The notes beneath the pieces were generated by a model, which saw only the letters and a list, made by a program, of their open reading frames with translations, was not told the DNA's origin and did no database searches. A DNA stretch of 64,000 nucleotides from an uncultured Desulfobulbia bacterium (GTDB taxonomy: Bacteria > Desulfobacterota > Desulfobulbia > Desulfobulbales > S012-135): positions 9,782 through 73,781 of the forward strand of contig CAYRGZ010000001.1 in assembly GCA_964423785.1 (NCBI GenBank), in the 5' to 3' direction. Made by a program: the position numbers and the translations under genes. This document shows positions 18,572 through 26,701 of the stretch, one piece after another. The number at the start of each line of letters is the position of its first letter. Positions within the stretch are counted from its first letter, which is position 1.

Positions 18572-18710
18572 AGGCCATCAGTTTTGATGGAATCGTAACA
18601 ATTCCGATCGGTCATTCGCTGCGCTCACCACCTCCATCGAGTTCACGGTTTGTAACCATTTGAATTATCGTGTCAGGCCTGGGCCGACTGCGAGTTTTTG
18701 CGGGTTCATC
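18572..18710 (-). repeat. ~105-bp intergenic repeat family, copy G (with ~45-nt insertion in hairpin)
   Basis: Reverse orientation. The hairpin is interrupted by ...CGATCGGTCATTCGCTGCGCTCACCACCT..., and the core TATCGTGTCAGGCCTGGGCCGACTGCGAG is retained. Confidence 0.8.
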
Positions 18711-18751
18711 AGTTTTCCGGAATCATTTCGAACCAACTAAGGAATAACGCG

Positions 18752-19906
18752 ATGCAGTTCATCGACCTCGCCGCCCAGCAGCGGCGTATCCGTTCGGCCA
18801 TCGAGGCGCGGATCGCCCGGGTCCTCGACCACGGTCGTTACGTTCTCGGACCGGAGAACGAGGAATTGGAAGAGCGCCTGGCCGGTTATGTGGGGGTCGC
18901 CCATGCACTGGGCTGTTCCAGCGGTACCGATGCGTTGCTCCTCGGCCTGATGGCCATGGGCGTCGGGCCGGGCGATGCAGTATTCACCACCCCCTTCACC
19001 TTTGTGGCTACCGCCGAGGCCATCGCCCTCACCGGCGCTATCCCGGTATTCGTCGATATCGATCCGCGGACGTTCAACCTCGATCCGGCACAGCTGGCGC
19101 GGGCCGTGGAGGCGGTTCGGACCGGCGACGCCGCTGCCCATCCCCTGCCGCGCCAGGCCTGGGAGGGGCGGCTCGTGCCCCGGGGCGTCATTGCCGTCGA
19201 TCTCTTCGGGGTGCCGGCGGATTACGACCGGATCATGGCCGTGGCCGCGGCACACGATCTGTTCGTCATCGAGGATGCGGCCCAGAGTTTCGGGGCCGAG
19301 TACCGTGGCCGTCGGGCCGGCAGCCTCGGACATTTGGCCGCCACCAGTTTCTTCCCCGCCAAGCCGCTGGGCGGCTACGGAGACGGCGGCATGGTCTTCA
19401 CCGATGATGCCGAGCTGGCCGCGGCCATCCGCTCGATCCGCGTCCACGGTCAGGGCCGCGATCGTTATCAAAACGTGCGTCTCGGGCTCAACGCCCGGTT
19501 GGATACCCTGCAGGCGGCGGTATTGCTTTGCAAGTTCGATATGTTCCCGGAGGAGCTCGATCGGCGTCAGCAGGTTGCGGCAGCCTATGGGGAGCGGATC
19601 GCCGCGGCCTGCCTGGCCGTAACGACGCCCCACGTGCCGTCGGATTGCCGGTCGGCCTGGGCCCAGTATTCCGTCTTGGCCGATAACCGGCAGCGCTATC
19701 TCGACCGTCTGACCGCAGCCGGTATCCCGTACGCCATCTACTATCCGGTTCCCTTGCATCTCCAGGAGGCCTTCCGGTATCTTGGCTACCAGCCGGGCGC
19801 CATGCCGGTTGCGGAGGCCGTGGCCGACCGCATCTTCAGCCTGCCTATGCATCCGTATCTCGATGAGGCGGACATCGACCGGGTGGTCGCCGCCCTGGCC
19901 GGTTGA
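18752..19906 (+). CDS. DegT/DnrJ/EryC1/StrS-family PLP-dependent sugar aminotransferase
   Basis: ATG at 18752 follows AAGGAA. MQFIDLAAQQRRIRSAIEARIARVLDHGRYVLGPENEELE..., and SFFPAKPLGGYGDGG contains the PLP lysine motif. Confidence 0.88.
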   Translation: MQFIDLAAQQRRIRSAIEARIARVLDHGRYVLGPENEELEERLAGYVGVAHALGCSSGTDALLLGLMAMGVGPGDAVFTTPFTFVATAEAIALTGAIPVFVDIDPRTFNLDPAQLARAVEAVRTGDAAAHPLPRQAWEGRLVPRGVIAVDLFGVPADYDRIMAVAAAHDLFVIEDAAQSFGAEYRGRRAGSLGHLAATSFFPAKPLGGYGDGGMVFTDDAELAAAIRSIRVHGQGRDRYQNVRLGLNARLDTLQAAVLLCKFDMFPEELDRRQQVAAAYGERIAAACLAVTTPHVPSDCRSAWAQYSVLADNRQRYLDRLTAAGIPYAIYYPVPLHLQEAFRYLGYQPGAMPVAEAVADRIFSLPMHPYLDEADIDRVVAALAG

Positions 19907-19979
19907 GGTCCCTTGCCGGTCCGGCGGATCGCAGGCGGCTTTACCCTGTGTCGTTCACGGCCCGCTTTTCGGCGGACTG

Positions 19980-20942
19980 TCAGGCATGGTAGCGGAGCTT
20001 GAGTTCCCAGGGATGGGGACGCAGGTAGTACTGGTCGGAAAGATCGTGCCGGCGGTATTTGCGCGCGTAGTGCTCGAGCAGGGTCACCGGCACGATGAGC
20101 GGCACGAGGCCGGCCCGGTACCGTTCGACGATCTCCCGGAGTTCTCGTCTTTCGTCGGCCGTGAGATTCTTCTTGAGATAGCCCAGGCAACGGTGCAGGA
20201 CTCTCGCGTGCTTGGCCACGGTGGCCTTGCGTTTGAGGGCTGCAAAAAGGAGCTCGGTGTAGCGGGGCAGGAGTTCGTCGAGGGGAAGGCTCCCGGCCAC
20301 CAGCCGGTCCAGGGCCCGGTAATGTTCGACGCTGTGGGCCATGACCAGGAGTTTGTGGCGGCTGTGGAAGAGGACGAGGTCCCTTTTGGTGGGGATCAGA
20401 TGGAGCAGCCGGTGCATGATGAAGACCCGTTCGATGAAGTTTTCGCGGCGTTCGATGTCGTACAGGCCGCTTTCTTCTTCCACCGGCAACAAGGGAAAGC
20501 GCTCCATGAATCGGCGGGCGAAGATGCCGACGCCGGTGCGCCGCACCTTGCCGTCCTCTCCGTGCACCTTGACCCGCGTCATGCCCGACGACGGGGATTT
20601 GCTTTTGAAAATGAAACCGCAGAGCCCCCTCCTGGCCAGCGCCTCGAGCCGGGCGGTGGCCCAGGTGTGCATCCGTTCGGTGTGGTCGATGCCCGATTCC
20701 CGGCCCACCAGACGGGGATTTTGCGGGTCGCCCACGAGGTGGATGGGTTCCCGCGGCACTCCCATGTCGCATTCCACTTCCGGACAGACCGGAACGAATT
20801 CGAAGAACCGGCCCAGGACGTCGGCAATGTAGGGGTCCCGCCGATGGTTGCCGTCGTAGCGGACCTTGTTGCCAAGCAGACAGGAACTGACCCCGATCCG
20901 GATTCGGTCTTCCGGTGAGGTCATCGATTTTCTCGGATCCAT
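19980..20942 (-). CDS. DUF523/DUF1722 domain protein (YbgA/YbbK-like)
   Basis: IRIGVSSCLLGNKVRYDGNH is DUF523-like, and the C-terminal half resembles DUF1722. The alternative ATG at 20924 is equally plausible. Confidence 0.65.
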   Translation of the reverse strand: MDPRKSMTSPEDRIRIGVSSCLLGNKVRYDGNHRRDPYIADVLGRFFEFVPVCPEVECDMGVPREPIHLVGDPQNPRLVGRESGIDHTERMHTWATARLEALARRGLCGFIFKSKSPSSGMTRVKVHGEDGKVRRTGVGIFARRFMERFPLLPVEEESGLYDIERRENFIERVFIMHRLLHLIPTKRDLVLFHSRHKLLVMAHSVEHYRALDRLVAGSLPLDELLPRYTELLFAALKRKATVAKHARVLHRCLGYLKKNLTADERRELREIVERYRAGLVPLIVPVTLLEHYARKYRRHDLSDQYYLRPHPWELKLRYHA

Positions 20943-21089
20943 CTTTCGGCTAGCAGTGTGGTGATGCCGAAGAAAGCAGCGCAGCTCCGCGGTGCCCGCC
21001 GGTTATCTGGCATCCATGAGCGTCTGTTCGTGCGCCAAGTACGCGAAGACGAGGGCTGGATATAATACGGAGGTTGCCGATAAGGTACG

Positions 21090-21137
21090 TGGCGCGCCAG
21101 GGAGGATTCGAACCCCCGACCTACGGATTAGAAGTCC
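21090..21137 (-). repeat. attL: 48-bp duplicate of the tRNA-Arg 3' end (island boundary)
   Basis: TGGCGCGCCAGGGAGGATTCGAACCCCCGACCTACGGATTAGAAGTCC is identical to 33080-33127. Identity stops at position 49 (A vs G). Confidence 0.9.
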
Positions 21138-21248
21138 ATTCTGACGTGATTTTGCGTGATTTCGCGTGAAGCAATAACCCTTGAACTTGTCGTCGTTTTC
21201 TGCTATTCTTTCTTCATGCGACATCACTGAAAATCACCCCTCCACACG

Positions 21249-21277
21249 GTAAAAAGTGGGGACAGAGTGGGGACTGG
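21249..21277 (+). promoter_or_regulatory. Putative integrase arm-type binding site (left)
   Basis: The 29-bp GTAAAAAGTGGGGACAGAGTGGGGACTGG is identical to 32994-33022 and contains two GTGGGGAC half-sites. It lies ~110 bp inside attL, just upstream of int. Confidence 0.5.
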
Positions 21278-21356
21278 CGGGCGAAAACGGATTCGCGTTT
21301 TCATGGAATCCGTAGGTTTCCGTCCTGGGCCGAACCCCCGAGGAGACGACGGCAGC

Positions 21357-22592
21357 ATGCCCCGGTGGAAACCCACGAAGTACGAGGGCGTCCGATACCG
21401 TGAACACCCTACACGAAAGCACGGTATCCGTCCAGACCGTTACTTTGCCATCCGGCTCCAGATAAATGGTCGCCGCCACGAGGAAGGCGTGGGCTGGGAG
21501 AGCGAAGGCTGGACGGCTTCCAAGGCTGCCACCCTCCGGGCCGAACTGAAGCGAGCGGCCACCACCGGCGACGGCCCCGTGGCCCTGGCCGAGAAGCGGC
21601 GGCTGGCCGAGGAACGACGGCAACGGGAAGAGGCTGAGCGGCGACGGCGGGAACTGGAAGAAGTCACTTTTGCCGAATTCTTCCAGGACAATTACTTGCC
21701 GTGGACCACCGGCAACGGCAAGTCGGCCCGGTCGCTCCAGCGTGAACGCTCCCTTTTCCGGCTGTGGCTTGCCCCCGTGATCGGCGACCTTCTTTTCGGC
21801 GAAATCTCCCCCTTCCACATAGAAAAGATTAAGGCAACGATGCTGAAGGCCGGCCGGGCTCTTCGTTCGGTGCAGTATGCTCTGGCCCTGGTGCGGCAGG
21901 TGTGGAACCGGGCGCGGGATGCCGGCATCCACGACCTCCCGTGCCCGACCAGGAAGGTGAAGCTGGACACGAAGAAGCACGACAACCGCCGGATCAAGTT
22001 CTTGACCCGCGAGGAAGCGGCGGCCCTACTTGCGGAATGCCGGCGGCGAAGTGCAAACCTGCACGACATGGCCTTGTTGTCCCTGCATTGCGGGCTGCGG
22101 GCCGGGGAGATTTTCGGCCTGACCTGGGCCGACGTGGACATCACCCACGGCTTGGTCGTCCTGCGGGACACCAAGAGCGGCCGGACCCGTTCGGTGCCCA
22201 TGACCGAGGCGGTACGGACCATGTTCTGCGGCCGGGAACGGGGTAAGCCGACGGACCTTGTTTTCCCGGCGCGGGATGGTGGTCGGATCGAGCAGATTTC
22301 AAACGCCTTTGACCAGGCGGTGAAGGCCCTTGGTCTGAACGAGGGTGTCACGGACCGGCGACAGCGGGTTGTCTTTCACACCCTGCGCCACACCTACGCT
22401 TCTTGGCTTGTGGCGGCCGGGACCGACCTGTACACGGTGCAGCGGCTCCTGGGGCACCAGAGCATTGCCCTGACCGAGCGGTATGCCCACCTTGCCCCGG
22501 ACACGTTGAAGGCCGCGACACAAGCGCTGGAGCAGTACGTCAACGATACGCCGCCACGGCTGAACGTCGTCCCTGGAGGCCGGGGACGATGA
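21357..22592 (+). CDS. int: Tyrosine-type site-specific integrase
   Basis: ATG at 21357 follows GAGGAG. C-terminal catalytic motifs ...GLRAGEIFGLTWADV..., HTLRHTYASWLVAAGTDLYTVQRLLGHQSIALTERYAHL (R, HxxR, Y). The longer track ORF from 21267 was rejected. Confidence 0.9.
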   Translation: MPRWKPTKYEGVRYREHPTRKHGIRPDRYFAIRLQINGRRHEEGVGWESEGWTASKAATLRAELKRAATTGDGPVALAEKRRLAEERRQREEAERRRRELEEVTFAEFFQDNYLPWTTGNGKSARSLQRERSLFRLWLAPVIGDLLFGEISPFHIEKIKATMLKAGRALRSVQYALALVRQVWNRARDAGIHDLPCPTRKVKLDTKKHDNRRIKFLTREEAAALLAECRRRSANLHDMALLSLHCGLRAGEIFGLTWADVDITHGLVVLRDTKSGRTRSVPMTEAVRTMFCGRERGKPTDLVFPARDGGRIEQISNAFDQAVKALGLNEGVTDRRQRVVFHTLRHTYASWLVAAGTDLYTVQRLLGHQSIALTERYAHLAPDTLKAATQALEQYVNDTPPRLNVVPGGRGR

Positions 22593-22777
22593 AGGTCCGG
22601 GACATTATCCGGCTGATCGAGCAAGAGGGATGGGTGCAGGTACGCCAGCGGGGAAGCCATCGGCAATTCAAGCACCCTTCCCGGCCGGGGCTGGTGACCA
22701 TTGCCGGCCATCCCGGTGACGACCTGGCCCCTGGAACCTTGAAGAGCATCTTGAGACAAGCGGGGATCGAATCATGA
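22589..22777 (+). CDS. hicA: HicA-family toxin (type II TA, mRNA interferase)
   Basis: MKVRDIIRLIEQEGWVQVRQRGSHRQFKHPSRPGLVTIAGHPGDDLAPGTLKSILRQAGI is the canonical HicA/YcfA pattern. Its ATG overlaps the integrase stop (ATGA at 22589-22592). Confidence 0.88.
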   Translation: MKVRDIIRLIEQEGWVQVRQRGSHRQFKHPSRPGLVTIAGHPGDDLAPGTLKSILRQAGIES

Positions 22778-22989
22778 GAAACTTCGTGGTCATCATCGAG
22801 CAAGCAGAAGGCAACCTGTCCGCCTACGTGCCCGACCTGCCGGGCTGTGTCGCTACCGGCGCGACCGAGGACGAGGTGTTGCACAACATCAAAGAGGCCA
22901 TCGAGTTCCACCTTGAAGGTCTTGCCCTGGCAGGGATGCCCGTCCCTTCCAGCCGGGCCGTTGTCCGGGAGGTGGAGGTGGCGGCGTAG
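22774..22989 (+). CDS. hicB: HicB-family antitoxin (short form, 71 aa)
   Basis: MRNFVVIIEQAEGNLSAYVPDLPGCVATGATEDEVLHNIKEAIEFHLEG is the HicB/UPF0150 fold signature. ATGA overlap with hicA. Confidence 0.85.
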   Translation: MRNFVVIIEQAEGNLSAYVPDLPGCVATGATEDEVLHNIKEAIEFHLEGLALAGMPVPSSRAVVREVEVAA

Positions 22990-23287
22990 GGCTTGTCTGC
23001 GTTTGTTATAGGCCGAAGTTCCCTCGGTAAAAAACAAAACCTCTTCATGATTGTCGAACAACATCGAGGCCAGCGCCTAGCGCATGTGTCATTTCACGTA
23101 GTACGCCAGCAGGCAGAGGAGATGTTCGGTTGAGGACATGTTCGATATCATGGGTACTGAACTTTACAGAGTTGAGGCTGCCAATGGTTTAATTCGGTGA
23201 AATAACAACATTAAACGCAAAACCCTTCCATCCTTGGTATACTGAGCTTGCAAAATTATCCAATAATTCCAAGGAGGAATGGTCTAA

Positions 23288-23785
23288 ATGTACGATATCA
23301 GCAACCTCGAAAAGCTGGCAGCAATTCATTTGAACAACAGGATTGATACGTTCTTTGACAACTTCCGCCTCGGCACCCTGCTCAACCGAGCGGGTATCCG
23401 TAAGCTCCGGGGCGTTTCGCTGGTCAAGCTGTTCAAGGCCATATTCATGCTGGCCTTCATCCGGGAGAACTTCTTCCGCGGTATCGTCCAGCAGGATCAG
23501 GGGTTCGGCAAGGATGCCGCCTACGCTCTGCTCCAAGGGGCCAACTACAACTGGCGCAAACTGCTGTTGCTACTGGCGGCCAAGCTCTGCGCGGCTTTCT
23601 ACCTGCTGACCGAGAAGGACAAGCGGAAAGTCCTGATGATCGATGATGCCACCTACGAGCGGCCTTATTCGCGGAAGGTAGAGTTGGTGGCGCGCGTCCA
23701 TGACAACTGCCGTAAACGGTTCACCAGGGGATTCAAAATGCTGACCCTGGTCTTGTCGGATGGAGTCAGGACGGGAACTTTCTGA
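23288..23785 (+). pseudogene. IS4-family (DDE) transposase, N-terminal fragment
   Basis: ...KVLMIDDATYERPYSRKVELVARVHDNCRKRFTRGFKMLTLVLSDG matches the first-Asp region of IS4-type DDE transposases. The ORF stops after 165 aa, before the rest of the catalytic domain. The flanking DNA is AT-rich. Confidence 0.6.
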
Positions 23786-23836
23786 TATCATGGAGAATTC
23801 CCTTCAGTCCCATCCTATTTGTTCGGGAACTTCGGG

Positions 23837-26701
23837 TTAGATGTTCTCCACGCTGGATCGGTAGAGCCTTGCCAAATCCTCGTCCGATGCGCTTGGCGGC
23901 GCGAGCACGGTGCGGCTTAGCCGGCGCTTGCTTTCCAGCAAGGCGTGCAGGTTCTTGTCGAAGCTGTGCTGGCCGAAGCGTGGATGGATCGCCAGTGGCA
24001 GATGCACGTGGACGGTGCGCATCTGTCCGATCCGGTAAACGCGGTCCGTGCATTGGTCCTCGACCGCAGGATTCCACCAGCGCGTGAGATGGATCACATG
24101 ATTCGCCGCGGTGAGGGTGAGGCCCACCCCTCCAGCCTTGGGCGAGAGTAACATCACATCGAACTCCCCTGCGGCACCAGCCTGGAATTCATCGATCCGT
24201 GCTTGACGCCGGTGCCCGCTCACCGTGCCACTGATTCGTAGCGGCGGTCGTGAAAGTCCGTAGCGGCGTTGGAGATACGGAATGAGAACCTCTTGCATGT
24301 CGAGGAACTCCACAAAGAGCAAGGCCTTCTCGCCGGCCTCGGCAATGTCGTCGAGGACCCGCATCGTTGCCGAGAGACGGGCCGAGCGTGCCACGTCGGC
24401 ATCCGTCAATCCCTCGGCCCCGAGTTCACCTGCCAGCAAGGAGATCCGCCGCAGCCGGTGCAACACCTCCAGCATCATACCTCGTTGACCTTTACTATGC
24501 GCAGCGAGGCGCAGCGCCTCCTCGTAGGCGGATGCTTGTTCCGGCGGCATCAGTTCCTCGATTACCGATTCGCGTTTCTCCGGGAGGCCGTGAAGATGGT
24601 CTTCCTTCATGCGTCGCAACATCAGAGGCGGACGGGTATCTCGAGTGAGCTTTCCCGCCAGAGGCGCGGCCGCCTCAGGTGTGTTGAAGGCGGGCTTCTC
24701 GTAGTCCTGGTGGAAGTCCTTGAGTGCGCCAAGAAAACCGGGGCGTATCGCGTCCACGATGGACCAGAGATCGGCCAGTCGGTTTTCCACCGGCGTTCCC
24801 GTGAGAGCGAGAGTGAAATCGGCCTTTATCGATTTGGCCATTTCCGTCAGCCGGGCCGCTGGATTTTTGATTTTCTGCGCCTCGTCCAGCACCAGCACGC
24901 CCCAGTCGACGCTGAGGAAGATACGAATCCGGTCCCGTAGCGTCTCATAGGTGGTGAGCACCCAGTCGGCCTCGAACAACTTCTGCGTCTGTTCTCGGCG
25001 TGTCGCATGTAACAAGCGTTTGAGATGGGGGCCATACGCCCGTACCAGGATGCCGAGCCCCGGGGAGGCGAGGTGTTTGCGGCTTTCGGCCTCCCAGTTC
25101 TTGAGGAGACCCGTGGGGGCCACCACAAGGAACGGCTTGCGAGGCCAGGCATTACGAGCCATTTGTTCTTGAACCCAGGCGAGAAATCCAAGGGTCTGCA
25201 GCGTTTTTCCGAGACCCATGTCGTCGGCCAGAAGCGCCCCCGAACTCCCTGAGGCCCAATGGGTTTGGAGCCACTCGAGTCCTTCCGTCTGGTGTGGATA
25301 GAGTTGGACCTCGTGCAGCGGAGCCGGTATGCCGCCTATCTCTCCTCGGCGCGGAACAGGACTGGTTTCGAAACCGAGTTCCTCAAGGTTATCGATGATC
25401 ACCGGCACCAAGGCCGGGGCCTGTTTTTCCTTCCCGTCTGATGTGTTCTCCCTGGTGGACTTCGGTGAGCCGCCCACCACCCGCGCGAAGGCCTCCAGCG
25501 TCTCGTCGTCAACGAGGATTCGTTGGCCGCCGAATTCGATCTCTTGCTCTCCTCGTTCCCGCGCGTTGTGCAATTTTTCGATGATTTTGGGGAGGTCCTT
25601 GATCTGCACCTGATAAATGGCTCCTCCAGCCGGGACGCCGAGGAGGAGATCCTCTGGGGGCAGCCAAGTCTGCCGGGAGGGCATGATATAGGCGCAGACC
25701 TTGGGCCGCCATTTACCGAGGTGCCGCACCCGCGCGCTCAAAAATTCGGGCGTCTCCTGGAAGAGCACTTCGAGGTCGTCTTCCGCAAGGTCGTCGGCGA
25801 GACGTTCGGCCAGTATCGCCTGGGGGTTTGCGGCAAAAGCCCGTTGCTCTACCAGCGGACGGTCCTGGTATTCGCGTACCACCTTCAGAGCCTTGTGCAG
25901 GTGTTCGCCGATCACCACGTACCATCCGCCTTCAACGACGTAGCGACGTTGCGCTACAGGGAGGCGATGGAAGCGCTCGACGAAACTCGCTTGCGGTTCC
26001 GGCGGTAAAGATTGGTCGAAGGGGGTAGGTGGTTCCTCCGATGGTTCCTGCCGCTGGCCCCGGGAAAGCAGCACAGGATGGAAGGTCCCGTTGTCCGTGA
26101 AATCGAGGGTAAAGGCGTCGGAACGCACGATATTCATCGTGCGGAGGTGTTCGTCGATCACCGCATCTGCCGGTAGATGCCGCTTAAGCTCGGCCCAGAT
26201 GGTGAAACGTTCGTCGAGGTCCGCCGGCGGCGTTTCGTTGAAGGTATCCATGCCCGTGATCAGGGAGAACAGGGGGTCCAGCAGGGTATACCTCCTGTTT
26301 CCCACAGCGAGCAGGGGACCCTCTCGCTGCGCTCCCAGTACCGGCCGGCCGTCGTCGGTCAGGAGTTGGTAGTGGAAGCGGAAGCTCGGACTTGAAAGAA
26401 GCCCGGCCCCGCGGATACAGAGCCGGTAAGGGGCGGGGGGCGGGAGTCCCAGGCGTGCGAGCTCTATGGCATCTAGAGCGGCGATCTGAGAGGAGTTCAA
26501 CACCACCTCTTCGTGTTGCGTGGTATGCGCGGTCTCGTCCGCGATAAGGGCAAGCAGATGGCCAACGGACGCGGGCCCCCGTTTTCCATGCAACACGGAT
26601 GCACCCCACTCCTTGATCGGGACCCTGGAGCCGTCCCCCCTTTCGACCCAAAATCGTACGCTTCCTTGGTCGGATTGCCAATGTAGCCGTAGATCGTTCA
26701 T
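23837..26701 (-). CDS. zorD: ZorD, SNF2-family helicase/ATPase of type I Zorya
   Basis: SNF2 motifs LADDMGLGKTLQT (I), LVLDEAQKIKNP (II, DEAQ), LTGTPVENRLADLWS (III) and LLSPKAGGVGLTLTAANHVIHLTRWWNPAVEDQCTDRVYRIGQ (V/VI). ATG at 26701 overlaps the zorC stop (TAATG). The track ORF extends to a GTG at 26776. Confidence 0.85.
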   Translation of the reverse strand: MNDLRLHWQSDQGSVRFWVERGDGSRVPIKEWGASVLHGKRGPASVGHLLALIADETAHTTQHEEVVLNSSQIAALDAIELARLGLPPPAPYRLCIRGAGLLSSPSFRFHYQLLTDDGRPVLGAQREGPLLAVGNRRYTLLDPLFSLITGMDTFNETPPADLDERFTIWAELKRHLPADAVIDEHLRTMNIVRSDAFTLDFTDNGTFHPVLLSRGQRQEPSEEPPTPFDQSLPPEPQASFVERFHRLPVAQRRYVVEGGWYVVIGEHLHKALKVVREYQDRPLVEQRAFAANPQAILAERLADDLAEDDLEVLFQETPEFLSARVRHLGKWRPKVCAYIMPSRQTWLPPEDLLLGVPAGGAIYQVQIKDLPKIIEKLHNARERGEQEIEFGGQRILVDDETLEAFARVVGGSPKSTRENTSDGKEKQAPALVPVIIDNLEELGFETSPVPRRGEIGGIPAPLHEVQLYPHQTEGLEWLQTHWASGSSGALLADDMGLGKTLQTLGFLAWVQEQMARNAWPRKPFLVVAPTGLLKNWEAESRKHLASPGLGILVRAYGPHLKRLLHATRREQTQKLFEADWVLTTYETLRDRIRIFLSVDWGVLVLDEAQKIKNPAARLTEMAKSIKADFTLALTGTPVENRLADLWSIVDAIRPGFLGALKDFHQDYEKPAFNTPEAAAPLAGKLTRDTRPPLMLRRMKEDHLHGLPEKRESVIEELMPPEQASAYEEALRLAAHSKGQRGMMLEVLHRLRRISLLAGELGAEGLTDADVARSARLSATMRVLDDIAEAGEKALLFVEFLDMQEVLIPYLQRRYGLSRPPLRISGTVSGHRRQARIDEFQAGAAGEFDVMLLSPKAGGVGLTLTAANHVIHLTRWWNPAVEDQCTDRVYRIGQMRTVHVHLPLAIHPRFGQHSFDKNLHALLESKRRLSRTVLAPPSASDEDLARLYRSSVENI

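Noticed and set aside
18344-18710. Three tandem repeat units that could superficially be taken for a CRISPR array
   Set aside because: The units are ~90-140 bp, directly abutting, with no unique spacers. They belong to the dispersed 105-bp family found at seven other sites, and no cas genes are nearby.
21003-21227. 74-aa ORF on the minus strand across the attL region
   Set aside because: It reads straight through the 48-bp tRNA fragment (RRSGVRILPGAP is the translated T-arm). It has no RBS and is an artefact.
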